A stretch of 64,000 nt of DNA from Eledone cirrhosa (GCA_964016885.1 OZ024743.1:284022001-284086000), one strand, 5' to 3'; counted from the first letter of the stretch, positions 22,990 to 36,464 are shown. Program-made: numbers and translations. The notes: a model not told the origin generated them from the letters alone.

Positions 22990-25080
22990 ATTTCAGGACT
23001 GTCACAATCAATATCAACACAATGAAAGGTAGGATGAGTGCAACTGTGGAGATGATGGAGTGAAGATGGGTAAATGTCTGCTGTGTGCAAGAGAAGAAAT
23101 GAAGGGTAGCCACAACCAGACTCCTCACAGGCAAAGAACAAAGATATACATTCTTCTGGATAAGTAACAATGAATGGATAAGTGAATTAAGTGTAATGTT
23201 AGCATAGAAGTAATTGAGATAGAGTATGTAGCAGAATTATGAAACTTAGACTAATCAATGGCAATGCAACAACAACTATCATCTCTGTTTATGTATCACA
23301 ATTGGAACTTATTAATAAGCAAAAGGATCAGTTCTATGAAGACTTCTGGTGGATTACTTCAATAATAAGTGACAATCACTTTATTATCATGACCAGTGAC
23401 TTTAATGGACATATTGGGTTGCACTATGATGGCTACCATGGAGTACATGACAGTTATGGGTACAGCTTGAGAAAGGAATTGGGATCAAGACTACTAACTC
23501 CCAGGAGACTGACCACTTATTTGATCATTTACAATTCTGGTGAATACACAAGCCAAACTTCACACCCATTAGAAAACTGAATAAACTGATGGTTGTAAAT
23601 ACTAAGTCTTTTCATAGAAATGAATATGCCACCCAGAACAATAAAAACTAAACCATAGGTCTGGAAAGACTTGCAGAAAAAGGCAACAAAGAGCAATATC
23701 AAATAGCTAGAAGAGAAACTAGACATCAAGATTACATAGCTTGAAGGGAATTTGAAAACAAAAGGTTTGCCAATGTTCAAGAATGAGAAGATTATGTGTT
23801 CTGGATTGCAAGGAAGTGTGTCAGTAGGAATTAAAACTTTGTTGGTAAAGTGTGTTTTGAATGACTCTGGTGCAATTAGGCTTGCTTATGCACAGAGGAA
23901 AGAGGTATGGAAATATTATGAGTCATGCTGAATGTGAAGAATGTGTGGGAAGAAAAAGGACTACTATCAGAAGACTCAACAAAGGAATCATCTATTGAAA
24001 CTGAGTCATATGGTTATAGATGTTTTAAGGATACAGAGAAAGGAAAAGCCATTGGAACATTTGGGATAGTCATGGAGATGCTGAAAATATCTGGTGATAT
24101 AGGAATTGAGTTAGTCACCGGCATACTCAACCAGATAATACATGATGGTGTTGTATCACTGATGCCCTTTTCTTAGTGATACAACTACAAGAAAAGTATT
24201 TAGCTACTCTACCTAGGTTTTGTTGACCCGGAAAATACCTTTGACAGGGTTCCACACTTTGTAGTCTGGTGGTTGCTTGGAAAACTTGGGGTAGACAAAT
24301 GGCTTTTGAGAACCATGCAAACCCTGTATAGAAGGGCAATGAGCTATTTAAGAGCTAACAAAAAGTTCAGTGATGAATTTAGCATGCAAGTTGGCAGGTA
24401 TCGAGGCTTAATTAATAACCCACACCTCTGTTAATATTCCTCCATCCCATAACAAGGGTTCAAAACTTGTATGCTGAAAAGGAGTAGATAGGAATTCCAT
24501 CAAAAGGTCCCCTAGACATAGTTGATAATCTTTGTTAATTAGTGACATAATTAACAGTGAAATTGGGTGCTCTGGCAGCATAGTTACCAAAGTAAAATTG
24601 GTCCATTAACAGTTTGGGGAGCTATTACCTGTGCAGGCAATAAAGGTTTTTTTAAGAGACAGAGGCAGAGTATATGATGCTGCTTGATAGTAAGATGTGG
24701 GCCTGAAATGCAGAGGATTTATGAAGGTTGGAAAGAAATGAGGCAAGCCATGCTTTGCTGGATGTATGATGTTAGTTTGCATGAACAATGGAGCACAAAT
24801 GAGCTGAGGGAAAATTGGATATTATATGTAAGAGAGAAGACTATGCTAGAATAGGCATATAATGCATACAGAGGATGCCAGTTGTATAAAAAAGTGCAGA
24901 GAACTCAAAGAGGAGGGAATTTATGGAGGAATGGGACTAAGGAAAATATGGGATAAAATGGCAAAGAATGATCTCAAGATAGAGGCTGAATCTTACAAAG
25001 GAGATGAAAAAAGACCATGGCTTGTGACAAAATACTGCGCTGACAAAGGCTTGACCAACCTCTGCAAGCATGAAAAAATG
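22990..25080 (+). mobile_element. Old, internally deleted RTE-type LINE (endonuclease + RT remnants)
   Basis: TTIISVYV, SDFNGHIG, GKAIG..EMLK, CIKKCREL remnants. Confidence 0.8.
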
Positions 25081-26087
25081 ATAAGGGTTTTTTTCTGACC
25101 ATTATGTTCATATTAGTTTTTATTATATTGTTCACTCTTTCTTCATTGCTCTTTCATCTATCAGCCACCCTATCTCCTATAAATGTGTCTCCATACCATA
25201 TCAATCTATAATTCCAGTCATACAACCTGTGTAATGAGGGATGGGGGTCACATTAGATCTGTCCATTTCACGCCCCTCTTTATTGTTAGCCATCACCCCC
25301 TCTTGTTTATCTCTCCAATCACTCACTATTGACTTCAATCATCTCCACTCTCTCACAACCATCTCCTATCTTCACTCCCTCTCATAATACATCTTATAAA
25401 GGAGGGAATAATGTGATAGAGGGGGACATCATCACTCTCTTTCTCTCATCCGTTTCTCTTATTTTTTAGCACTCTCTGACTCCTAGTACTTCTTCTTCCT
25501 TCACTCTGTCTCCGCCACCATCATTCTCTCTTCCCCAAGCATTTTCTGTCCAATATTTTTATCAATAATTATTGAGGATACATCTATCATACACACTCTT
25601 TTGTTACTCTTACCTCTATCACATTCTCACCCTTGTTTTCTTCCTTCTATCAATCAAAAGTGTGACAAAACACTAGTGCTAGTGAACGAATGCATGGAGA
25701 CAATGTAGGTTAGCGAAAACCTTTAATCTTGCATGAGCAAGACAATGTCTCTAGTGCTGGTGTCATAATAAAATGTACCTAGCACACACTGTAAAGTGAT
25801 TGGTGAATGAACGAAGACAACATAGGATAGAGAGGATTATTTAGTCTTGCCTATGACAAGACAGCTTCTCTAGTGCAGATGCCATGATAAAATGCACCCA
25901 GTATATTCTGTAAAGTGATTAGCTATAAGAAGGGCATACATCTGTTGAAAATATGGCAAAAATGGAACATATGAGCAATATCTGGGCTTTGACACATCAA
26001 GAAGAGCATTAACTCAGACTTGTTCCATGGCGAGACACCAAACCTGTGCTAGCATGGAAATGTGGACATAAAATAATAATAATGTGC

Positions 26088-26093
<6 letters not shown>

Positions 26094-26168
<75 letters not shown>
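26094..26168. repeat. (GA)n microsatellite
   Basis: Perfect GA dinucleotide run; many (TA)n, (CA)n and (ATT)n runs elsewhere, e.g. 249-287, 35503-35548, 41408-41475. Confidence 0.95.
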
Positions 26169-26170
<2 letters not shown>

Positions 26171-27377
26171 TCCAGCAGGTTTTCATACAATTGATATTTT
26201 GATGTTTCACCATTGTCACATGTTATTTCAGCCAGTGTCTAGTACTCTCAGCCATTTTATACATTTAAACAGAAGTTAAACTGTTTTTTTCCCCTCTTTT
26301 TTCTTTCATCCAGCAGCAAACTGCTATGAACAAGCTGTTTTTTCTCACTTTCATCTAATAGTTAGCTTTTGCCTCAAGAGAACATATGTGGTCTTCTGTC
26401 AACTATGTCAAATCTATGAAATATGTTGGGTTGAATAAGAAAGTATTTGCTGATTACTTTTACCATCAGTTTAAAAATATGTATGTTATCTCCTTTTTCA
26501 CTTTACTGCTGGCTGTGATCTGTTGGTGCACATTTAATTTTATAAACAATAAAATATGTATGGCTATTTCCTACAACACATTACTCAATTGATCTTCTAA
26601 AACATGAACATGTGTATGTACATTCTTACAACACATTACACACAACTAACTTTTTAAGTTTCTACTGTAGGAATGTTGTATTTTTAACCTGGATTCATAA
26701 ACCATGTTCAGACTAACTACTATCAAACTATTGTACAAAGGAAACCAGAAGAGATCCATTTTCTGTTGCTATGTATAAAGTAAATGAAAGATGGTATATA
26801 ATTATTTATTATTTTTATCTCTGAATATTTGTTTGATTTCCTACAAGTCTATTCATGTGTAGTAGAAAAGTAAATGTGATTGGCAAAAATAAATGAATAA
26901 ACAGAGCAGATATGCATACAGATGAAAAAGAAATATCTATGAGATGCAGTGATCTGATTTGTCTGGCCTGAGAATGTGACAACCAATCCAACCCATGCAA
27001 GCATGGAAGATAGATGTAAAATGGTGATCATAATAACTATTATAAACTTTAAGAAAGTGAAGATATTCCCTTCCTTAGTATGTACATAATAAATTACCAG
27101 TAATTCACCCCACCCTTCAGAATCTTCCTAATATCATAGTGTATATATATATATATAAATAAAAGAAGAGTAAATATACTGAAGATAGTTTTGTCCATCT
27201 TATGAAATCCTTGATATCATGAGATAAACAGGGAGAGCAACTTTACAACTATAAAAGAACATGCAAGTTGCCCAAGTCCTGAGTCTTGGATATATATGTA
27301 TATATAATGAATTATTTGTTTCCTACAACTATATCACCTACAAAAGAACATGCAAGTTTCTTGAATCTGAATCTTTG

Positions 27378-27422
<45 letters not shown>

Positions 27423-27529
27423 CAGTTTATAGTTATTCTTGGACTAGCAAAACCATAGGCTATGAAAGAAAAACACTCAATATGGACTAGCAGAGTTTGT
27501 GTGTATGTGTCTTTGTGTGTATGTGTCTC

Positions 27530-27578
<49 letters not shown>

Positions 27579-27841
27579 TTATATATATACATAGAGAGAG
27601 GGCAAGATAGAAAGAGAGAAAGAAAAAGGGCGAGATAGAAAGAGAGAGAGATAGAGAGAGAAGCCATGCAAAATATCTGTGATTATTTGTGAAAGATCAA
27701 AGGAAATTTCTAAAACAATAGTAGCAGATAAAGATGTGGTAGTTAAATAAGCTAAATATATAATCAGAAAGAAGAAAAATTAAACATACAAAACAAAACA
27801 AGCAAGCCTTCAAGCACAAACGTTGCACTTTTGAAACCCAC

Positions 27842-27863
27842 CTCTTGGTCTTTTCCATCTTTT
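27842..27863 (-). CDS. Candidate 22-nt Cav1 microexon
   Basis: ttctttaag|AAAAGATGGAAAAGACCAAGAG|gtgggt, purine-rich with strong donor. Confidence 0.45.
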
Positions 27864-29727
27864 CTTAAAGAACATAAATCTATGACCTATATGTGCACAA
27901 AAAGATTCTCTCATTTAGTGAAGCACACAAGGAGGTGACAAATAAATACATTTCACAAAGGGCTCAAAACAGGACAATGGAAGTTAAAAAGGAAAAAATG
28001 GAATTCAGATTTTTTAAATGGAAGTTGAGAGGGATGTCTGCCACCCGCAACCAATTCAACATACACAAGGTGTTGGTTTTAATAATGTTTGTTGACTATT
28101 ATTGAGAGAGAGAGAGAGAGAGAGAGTATTAATTGACCAGTTGATTGACATACACAAAAGTCTAGGTTTGGGACTGTGCAAGATTTGATTCAAATTTTTA
28201 TTGCTGGAATTTTATATCTGGTGGGAGAATAGGATAGTGAGAGAATGTTATAAATGAAGGTCTAGAGATGAAAGTACATTAAAAGGATTGTAAACATTAT
28301 AAACCAAGCATGTGACTTAGTTTTGTTTTACTATTTGTTTCCATTTCTATTTAGAATTTTATTGCTAATTCTTTCAGGAAAGAGGTTGAATGTCCTAACG
28401 TCTAATCCTTGTTCTCCCCCAAAATCAATAGAGTTAATCACACACTGATGGATATTGCTGATTAAGAATAATTACATGCAATAGTTGATATTCATGAATC
28501 TATTGTTTTTGATTGTTATACTTAAATTTCTCACATTTGAATTGTGGAATGCATGCTCAAGGGATGTTCTGCATATAATAAGTGAAGATACTATTGCAGA
28601 TATTGCAGAATCCATGGAAAAACTGTAGTAATATTTGGAACAAAGCCCTATGGGTTTGAGAGGGATATGTTGCTGTGGTTGATGAGTTAGGGTACATTAG
28701 AGATACAGTGAAAATAAGTTAGAGATGATAATAAATGGAAAATATAAACATTGTTAAGAATAAATATAAATATAATTTAGAAAATGAAGAAATAAGATTA
28801 AAAAAATATAGGAGGTCATTTCCTTGTGATTAAATTCCCAGTTAACTTCACTAATACAGAATTTATGTTGGATAATACCAGAACCTTTACTTATAAATAT
28901 CATTTCATCAGTACAAATAGATGTTTTGAAATCTTAATTGAGGGTTTATAGCATCACAAATTTTATGAGAGAGGTTTTGGATAAAATGAGAAAACATTTG
29001 ATGAAATGTCATTTTTATCTGAGGTCCATGTTTTCCTTTAAGAACAAATAATTAAGACATTTTTAATGAAGCAACAAAATTAGAGATCAGTTTGACAAAA
29101 CAAAGAGCTGAAACATGTAGTAGTTGTTATATTGACATTTACATAAGCTTGGTAAGAATGGATGAGATGTTGGATTAAAAAGGTCAGCTAATATTATTGG
29201 GATGTTGCAATATAGAAGAGAGATGGAGTGATACAAAGATGAAACAAAATGCCTTAATGTGTTGGAGTTGTACATTCAAACATACTGTTCACAACAGAGG
29301 TGCACAATGTACAAGAGAGCAAAATACTTCAACTTAAACACTCATTAACCAGGTAAAGGAATACTTTGCATCAGCATAGTTACACATTATATGCATTATT
29401 ATAAGCACATGTGCTTCAATATAAACTGCAAGCATAGATCCTGGTGAGAAGATTAAAAAAATCCAATCCTTATGAAATTTAATTCTAACTGGGTTATTAG
29501 CTATTTGGAAGTGAATTATTTCAACAATATCAATCTAAAAAAAAATATAACAATATACAAAATCTAAAAACTAGATGGAAAAAAAACAAAACTTAGTAAT
29601 AATGTAGCTCATACAAACATAAGAGGAAATATACAACTTATTTCAAATGAAAAATGATCCTGTTAATGAATAACCAAGAAACATTTTTGAGACAGACAAT
29701 AAAATAAAAATTGCTAGGTAACAGAGA

Positions 29728-29870
29728 TCAAATCCAATTGAATTTCAGCTCTATATGTTGAATTTCAGCTCTATAATGGCTAATCTGATATGGTGACGGA
29801 AATATATGAAGAGGACCAAGTGGTCTGGCAGAGAGTGATTGCCCTTTCTGTTCAGATATGGCTTGTATCC
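29728..29870 (-). CDS. Candidate alternative terminal Cav1 exon (GIQAISEQKGQ...HIELKFNWI-stop)
   Basis: ctgtatag| acceptor in the phase 1 needed after exon 30400..30505; 46 open codons then TGA; no strong donor. Confidence 0.4.
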
Positions 29871-30399
29871 CTATACAGGTAATTATGAGTAACAAAATAT
29901 AAAGAATAGAGTACAGGATTTTATTAAACTATGTGTTCTCACAAGTTGCAATTATGGATAACTGAAAGCTTGTGTCTATTTTTGGAGATTTTTCTATTAG
30001 GTTAATCTCCTTTAGCTTGCATTTATTAATAAAGAGATGTTTATGAATTAAGAATAATTCTGTGAAAATATATACTAAGAATGAGTAAAAAGAAATATAA
30101 ATTAAAAAGAAAAAGCAGACAAAATGAAAAGCAGCATGAGAATTTGTTATTAATAAATGCTTAATGAAAGAGTTCAAGTTTTTTTTCAATCCAGTTACAA
30201 TGAAATATTATGTTATCAAATAGAACAAAATTTTAGAAGCTGTAGTAGTTAACAAAATTCTCATTAGAGTATATTGCATGTAGTAGTAAAATATTTGTTA
30301 TGATTAATGTTGAATTAAAAAAACAATAAAAAATAAATTTTAGTGAAGAAACCTTCCTTTGACAAATACAGAGGACATTAGAAAAAAGGGTGAAAATAC

Positions 30400-30505
30400 C
30401 TGGACTGAGGTAGGGGTATTTTTGATTAGCTGCAGGTATGGATTGCTCTCGTGGATCAGTTGATATATATTTTGTTCCAGGGGGGACTCCAGCTACAGCC
30501 ATAGC
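30400..30505 (-). CDS. Cav1: Cav1 C-terminal exon (AMAVAGVPPGTKYISTDPREQSIPAANQKYPYLSP)
   Basis: 106 nt, phase 0-1, ttcag| and CAG|gtattt; Q-AMAVAG echoes vertebrate Cav1 QxxAVAGL. A second donor after 30353 is possible. Confidence 0.85.
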
Positions 30506-30962
30506 CTGAAAGGAGTGAAAGATGAAATAAAATAAATAACAAGGTTATAAAGTCTTACCTGACTGAGTAATCAAAGGGATAGGAGCTTATTTTCCAGATG
30601 TGTCATGAGTTTCACATACCTACAAAAGTTTTATACATCGATAAGTTAGTGAGTCTATTTACTTAAAATTGATTACCTATTATTTATTAGAAACTCTGTA
30701 ATTTATTAAAAATACTTGCAACTCCAACTGTCACAAGTAACTGTTTCCTTTCTCTGCCTATTCTATTATTATTACGATGGTCTCTACTCCAAACTAGCAA
30801 GTTGCACAGCATCTCCACCAATGCCATTTGATGTCTTCCCCACCACCCACAACTCCTGATAATGTCTCACTGTGCTCATCCCCTTTACCCTTCAACCCCC
30901 CCCCCCACCGAAAAGGGAGATAATTTCAAGAAATCAAAAGTTTATTTCACACAAACGTTTTA

Positions 30963-31115
30963 TTAACCATTTAGCAATTACATTACTCTATATATACTAT
31001 TGTATTTTCACAGTAAAGTCTTTATCTCACATAATATTGAATCTATGAGATTTTGAACAGAAAGAGGTAAGAGAATTCTGGTTGGACATGGTAGGTTTAA
31101 ATGCTAGAGGGTTAA
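30963..31115. mobile_element. piggyBac-type MITE, internally deleted copy
   Basis: TTAA-CCATTTAGCA...TGCTAGAGGG-TTAA; related longer copy at 52686-52901. Confidence 0.65.
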
Positions 31116-31449
31116 AGCATATTTCAATTTATTATGAATGTATGCATATGTTATACAGTACATCACCACTTACCTGAATTATCTAAAATTAATGTTATTG
31201 GCCCACTTGATTTATTTATCTTAACACATTTTTTGTAATTATGAAAATCATACTGACTAAAAATCTTTGTAAGTCTTTTTCTCTATTTATAAAAACCTGT
31301 CCATTGATCAATGCAAGCTTGTAAAGACTATACTTCATTTATTAGGTCTGCTTAGACTTAAATATGTTTGTTCACAGCTATCACTTGCCTATTTACAAGG
31401 ATCCCAATTTCCCCTTAAGTATGAACATTTTATTTTCTGTGAAATTAAT

Positions 31450-32250
31450 TGTTGTTGTTGCCCTTCTGCTTTGCCCACTTATTCCTGGGAGGATCGTAGG
31501 GGCAGAGTCTTCAAACACGCTTTCCAGCAGGTCTTGTCACAAGCAACTGTCCCCAATTGATCCAGCTGGATCCCCAAGTAAAACCAGCTGAGCTTATGGT
31601 TGTTATCCAACCATTTTGTTTAAGGTCTACCCCTGGGTCCCCTCCCAGTTGGTTTTTGCCTGTAAAATCTGTCCAGCAATTCTTTCCTGAGATATTCTAA
31701 CTTCATGTCCATAATATCAGAGCTGTGATCTCTCAATTCGAAGAAGTAGCAGCTCTACTTAGATCTCTGATCTCTGAGTTATCTAATCTATTGAGTAGTG
31801 TTACTCCTAAGACATTTGGAGGAACCCCATTTTGGCTGCTTGTATTCCCAGTTGTATTCTTCAGGTCATTACACAAGTTTCATGACCATAGGTAAGGGTT
31901 GGCACGAATACCGAATTAAAGATGAGTTTGGCTTTTCACCTACCTCCCGTCTTCTGATGACCGAATGCTGAAGCTGGCGCATTACTGCACCGGTTCCTGC
32001 AATTCTTGCACTTAATTCAGCCTCCTGCCTCCCATTACTCATGAACATGGCCCTGAGATACTTAGACTTCTCCACCTGCTTCAGCGGAACTCCACTCACA
32101 TGTAAAGTACATTGCACAGGCTCCCTTGAAATGACGAGTGTTTCAGTCTTCACAGCACTGATTTTCATTCCTGCCATGAAGCCTGTGGCATCAAATCTAT
32201 CAAGTGCATGTCAGATATCTTATTCTGATGAGTTAAGTAGTACCATGTTA
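31450..32250 (-). mobile_element. RTE-type LINE 3' fragment (second family)
   Basis: GMKISAVKTETLV, LKQVEKSKYL, GHE.CV, GRPR..W remnants; (CAA)n tail. Confidence 0.85.
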
Positions 32251-32563
32251 ATTTCATGAAATTATCTCTTCATTTCTTTCAGAGTTACTAATAATTACCA
32301 CAAGGTTTTTATTTTTCTTCAACTAAGAGGACAATTTTATTTCACTAAGAAGTTATTCAGTACATTATTACCTATTTGAATTAGCTTATCACATAATATT
32401 TCAAAATATAAATAATTTCCGTAACCATGATAGTATCATAAAAAGAGTTCAATATCCACGATGATTTTAGTTTTAAGTTTAAAAGTAAATCTGAAAAACA
32501 GGCAACACACACACTATTTTTTGATTTTGATATTTAAAAAAAATGCATTAGCATCCCTCTTAC

Positions 32564-32744
32564 CTGTCTTTGGGCTAATTTTAAGGGTTGTGCAATCTTT
32601 TTAACTAAGGGGTTTTCATCACTTCCCTGTTTACCTATACATGATAGTTTGATAGAAGCACCTCTCTTACTGACTTTTCTGGAAGCTGGAGGAGGAGAAG
32701 GTGGTGTTTGTTCTCTTTCATAATCACTGTCTTCTTGGGGAAGA
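32564..32744 (-). CDS. Cav1: Cav1 C-terminal exon (LPQEDSDYEREQTPPSPPPASRK...PLKLAQRQ)
   Basis: 181 nt, phase 2-0, tttag| and CAG|gtaaga. Confidence 0.88.
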
Positions 32745-35065
32745 CTAAAGAAACAGAAGAGCAATGAGAATATATAACAGTTATATATAGTTATAATATA
32801 CATGACTGGATTCTACAGTTAGGTTACAATCAATTTTCATACCTGAATGTAAAAAAAATGCAGAAAACTATGAGATTATTTTCAGAGTATTTCTTATTTT
32901 TACAATTTATCAAGACACTCACTAGGAATAGAACACATTTCATAAATTATAAATTAATGTCACAACTGCTTGAGTCAATGTAGTGTCTACATACTAAGAC
33001 TAATAGAAAGCTAGGTGATTCATATGTTATTACTGGCAAGGTTCTATATCCATAGCCAAACTACTTAACTCATACCTGGCTTAGTCTATCAAGCTACAAA
33101 TAGTTGGCATAAGGTACTACAACTAACTACTGTAGCTCCAATTCAATATATATATGAAAAGTGTTTTATTAACCCTACCACATTTATAGCTTGGATAGGG
33201 ACAGACTCCTCTACAGGGTTGACCTATCTAATGAGATCTTTAAGTGAGGCCTACACAGCTCAAAGGATTATGGGAATCATTATATTTCTTTAAATCCAGA
33301 ATGCGAGATTGTGGACTGTATAATAAGGATTTCTTAAATTGCTAAAAGACTATCAATTTGCAAAAAAGAGCAGATTTCATTCAAATTACTCAATACTTGT
33401 CAACGTTCCAACCTCTCCTGTGCACTCGTTGGAGTGTCAATCAAACATAAGCAAGACACAGATCCCTGGCTTGCATGGGAGACCAGAGGCTTCACTTCAG
33501 TACGATGTAGACCTGTTCTACCCTTGCTAGCAGGGAAAGTGGACATTAAAATGACGACGATGATGATTATGTCTGATTTTTAATTTATTGATCCTTGCAG
33601 GATGGCAAGCAAAGTTTACTTTACTAAAATTTGACCTCAGAATACTGAGGAACAAACTGTTTAAAGACATTTAACCTGATGCTCTGTCATTTCTACTTAT
33701 CTGTCATGGTTGTAGATTGTATATTATTTGTGCTGATCAGAGCTAACTGGTGAGTTGTAAAAGAAAATTTGGCATCTGGCTATAAAAGAAATAACCAGAA
33801 AAATTAATTACTGTCTGTCATCAAAAAGAATCATCCCAAATAGAAAAATATCTTGGAACCAAGAATGAACAATGCATGTGTGTCTTCAGCAAGTTATAAA
33901 GTGTTTTCAGGAGGCTTACTTCTCTGGAAATGCTGAATGAGTAATTTACTTAATATATGTATTTAGGTAGAGTTATCAGTGATGTTGTCTAGCCTTAGTC
34001 AACTTTAAGCAGACCAATGGCAGTTTGAGAGCCCAATAAACAGATCTAGTGCTTTAGATGTACAGTTACTCTACCTAGTTGAAGACCATATAGTGCAATG
34101 TGGGCATGTTACATTTTTTCATTTTGCCATTGGTTCCTATATATCTGTAGGGTCTGATGATGATCACAATAGAGGTGGGTATGGTCGACTCAGTCAGAGT
34201 ACGGCAATTACTGTTCTCGTGCACCTATCTCTGGTTGTGTGCATCATAGTACTGTTTCGATAAAATAAATACTTTAGGGTGTTGCTAGTGTTGTATGTGT
34301 TTTACCCATTTATCTGGTCTAAGAGAGAGGGATGATGTTTTAGAATCATGTTGTAGTAGTATTCTGGAGTATTGTAGATATGGTGAGGAGATAGTTGAAC
34401 ATCTTGTAGCAGGAATCATTAGGATTGAAGTTTGTTGTAATAACAAACTATGCACTTGTTCTGCAACCGTATCTTCTACAAACTATCACCTTGTATCTTA
34501 AAAAGAGAACTACATATAGAGAAAATAAATTTTAAAATGAATATGTTAAGGAAAAGACTGGATGGTCATGGCTAGATTTCCAGTCGAATAATTAAAAGTC
34601 AACAGGGAACAGCAACCAATAGGAGAAAATCTTGTTTTGTAGCATAAAATCCAGCATCCATAATAGAACAATCCAATGTTTTAAGTCAAATTATTACCCA
34701 GTATCAAAACAAACAATTACTTTACTTGAAATTTCCAAACTAATATTCCCTACCTTGGATTTTTAAAGATTTTTTCACTTTTATAAATCCTATATAAATT
34801 CATGCTGACACCAGTTAAAATAACTACTTAAATTTTGTAAATTTCAACAAATCTGAACACAGATATTTGTAATTTATCAGAAAACAGCTTTTATTTTTCA
34901 TTGCTGAATACATCTTTCTAGGATTGACTATGAACTGTGAAATAAGAGTGTTTATCAGCCAAACAAATCTGAGGCAAGAAAAGATATGTGCCTTACTCAG
35001 GGGCACAATACATTGGCTGTTTTGGTAATTCTTGAAAGCCTGACCAGTCAGAAACACACAAAGAT

Positions 35066-35111
<46 letters not shown>

Positions 35112-35499
35112 CAAAACTGATAAAGCAAACAAAAATGTTTTTAAGTTAATTTGGTTCAGTAATCTTCGTTGATAGTGATCATAAGAGAAGAAATGGTGAA
35201 AAAAAAGAAAGAAAAAAGTAAACAAGTATTTTTCTGGATGTTGGTAACAGTGAATGGTGGCATGCAACATGCATTTATGGGGTTAAATCAATTATAAAAA
35301 GTGCTGAACATACCAGTAACAAAACACAAAAGGATCAGTCAATAATAGCTGAAGAAAATTCATATGGATTAAATTGATGAAGTCTTGTTACAGAATATAC
35401 AAAAGGATGAGATAGATAAAAAAAATTAACTAATGGAATCTACTACTTTCAGTAACAATGACAGCAGAAACAGCTTTAGAAAATAAATATGTGTATGAA

Positions 35500-35551
<52 letters not shown>

Positions 35552-35625
35552 GAAAATATCTGTAGGTGTGAAAAAGTAAAACAGTGCTCAATTGGAAAGA
35601 GAGCTGATATATATTATATTATATT

Positions 35626-35780
35626 ATATATTATTTATGTTCATACACGGTACAAAAGTGCTACATAAAGTTTCAAGGCCCCAAATTTTGATCCCTCTTA
35701 CAATCTGGAGATATGGTCAATATTGGGTCTTGAAACCTTATGTAGCACTTTTGTTCTATGTATGAACATAATATAATATA
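35626..35780. repeat. Fold-back/MITE with ~55-bp arms in (TA)-rich site
   Basis: TATGTTCATAC..ACAAAAGTGCTACATAAAGTTTCAAGGCCC paired with GGGTCTTGAAACCTTATGTAGCACTTTTGT..GTATGAACATA. Confidence 0.85.
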
Positions 35781-35797
35781 ATATAAAATGTATATAT

Positions 35798-35843
<46 letters not shown>

Positions 35844-35910
35844 TAAGCCAGTTATGTTCTTAAATATATAGCAAGTCTAAATTTTGCCATACTTATCTAA
35901 ATCCTCATAT

Positions 35911-35941
<31 letters not shown>

Positions 35942-36161
35942 GGCATGTTGTGTGTGTGCATGTGTGAATGGTTATCTATGCAGGATGGAAAAATTTTGAA
36001 GAACTGTAACTGCAAACATTTTACTGAATGACTATTCTGCGCTAATAAAGAAAAATGTACACAGGTATCACTTCCAGGCGACCAACACTGATGCTTTCTG
36101 GACAGGAATCGAGAATGGTTTGAGGGATATCAGGAGAATGACCAATGGCCGATATACTTAC

Positions 36162-36464
36162 TCTCTATATACATATATGTCCTGCTTTTTGTCTGGAGGG
36201 CCTGGATGAGTTACTGGAACACGATCAGGCATGTGATCAAACAACACTTTGTCTGAGAATTTATCAGATATTTGGTCGGAGCCATGGTCAGGGTCACTGA
36301 CCCCAGCTGCATGATCTGACTGGGGTTGTACATTCTGACTGAGATCGCTTACGACCGTTCGCATTGGAATACTCTCAGTGTCTGAATCCTGAACTTCACT
36401 CGGCCTGCTTCCGAGACCCTGTTCGTTGTCAAGAACAGAGTCAACCTCGACAGAAGAGTGTTCA
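36162..36464 (-). CDS. Cav1: Cav1 C-terminal exon (EHSSVEVDSVLDNEQG...KKQDIYVYR)
   Basis: 303 nt, phase 2-2, ttacag| and |gtaagt, GC-richer coding-like island, frame continuous with both neighbours. Confidence 0.88.

Noticed and set aside
26349-26354. 6-nt microexon candidate tag|ATGAAA|gtgaga
   Set aside because: No pyrimidine tract and branch-like CTAAC too close to the AG; likely chance.
34306-34496. Coding-like segment on the minus strand
   Set aside because: Stops in the phase required to join the Cav1 exons; more likely decayed repeat.
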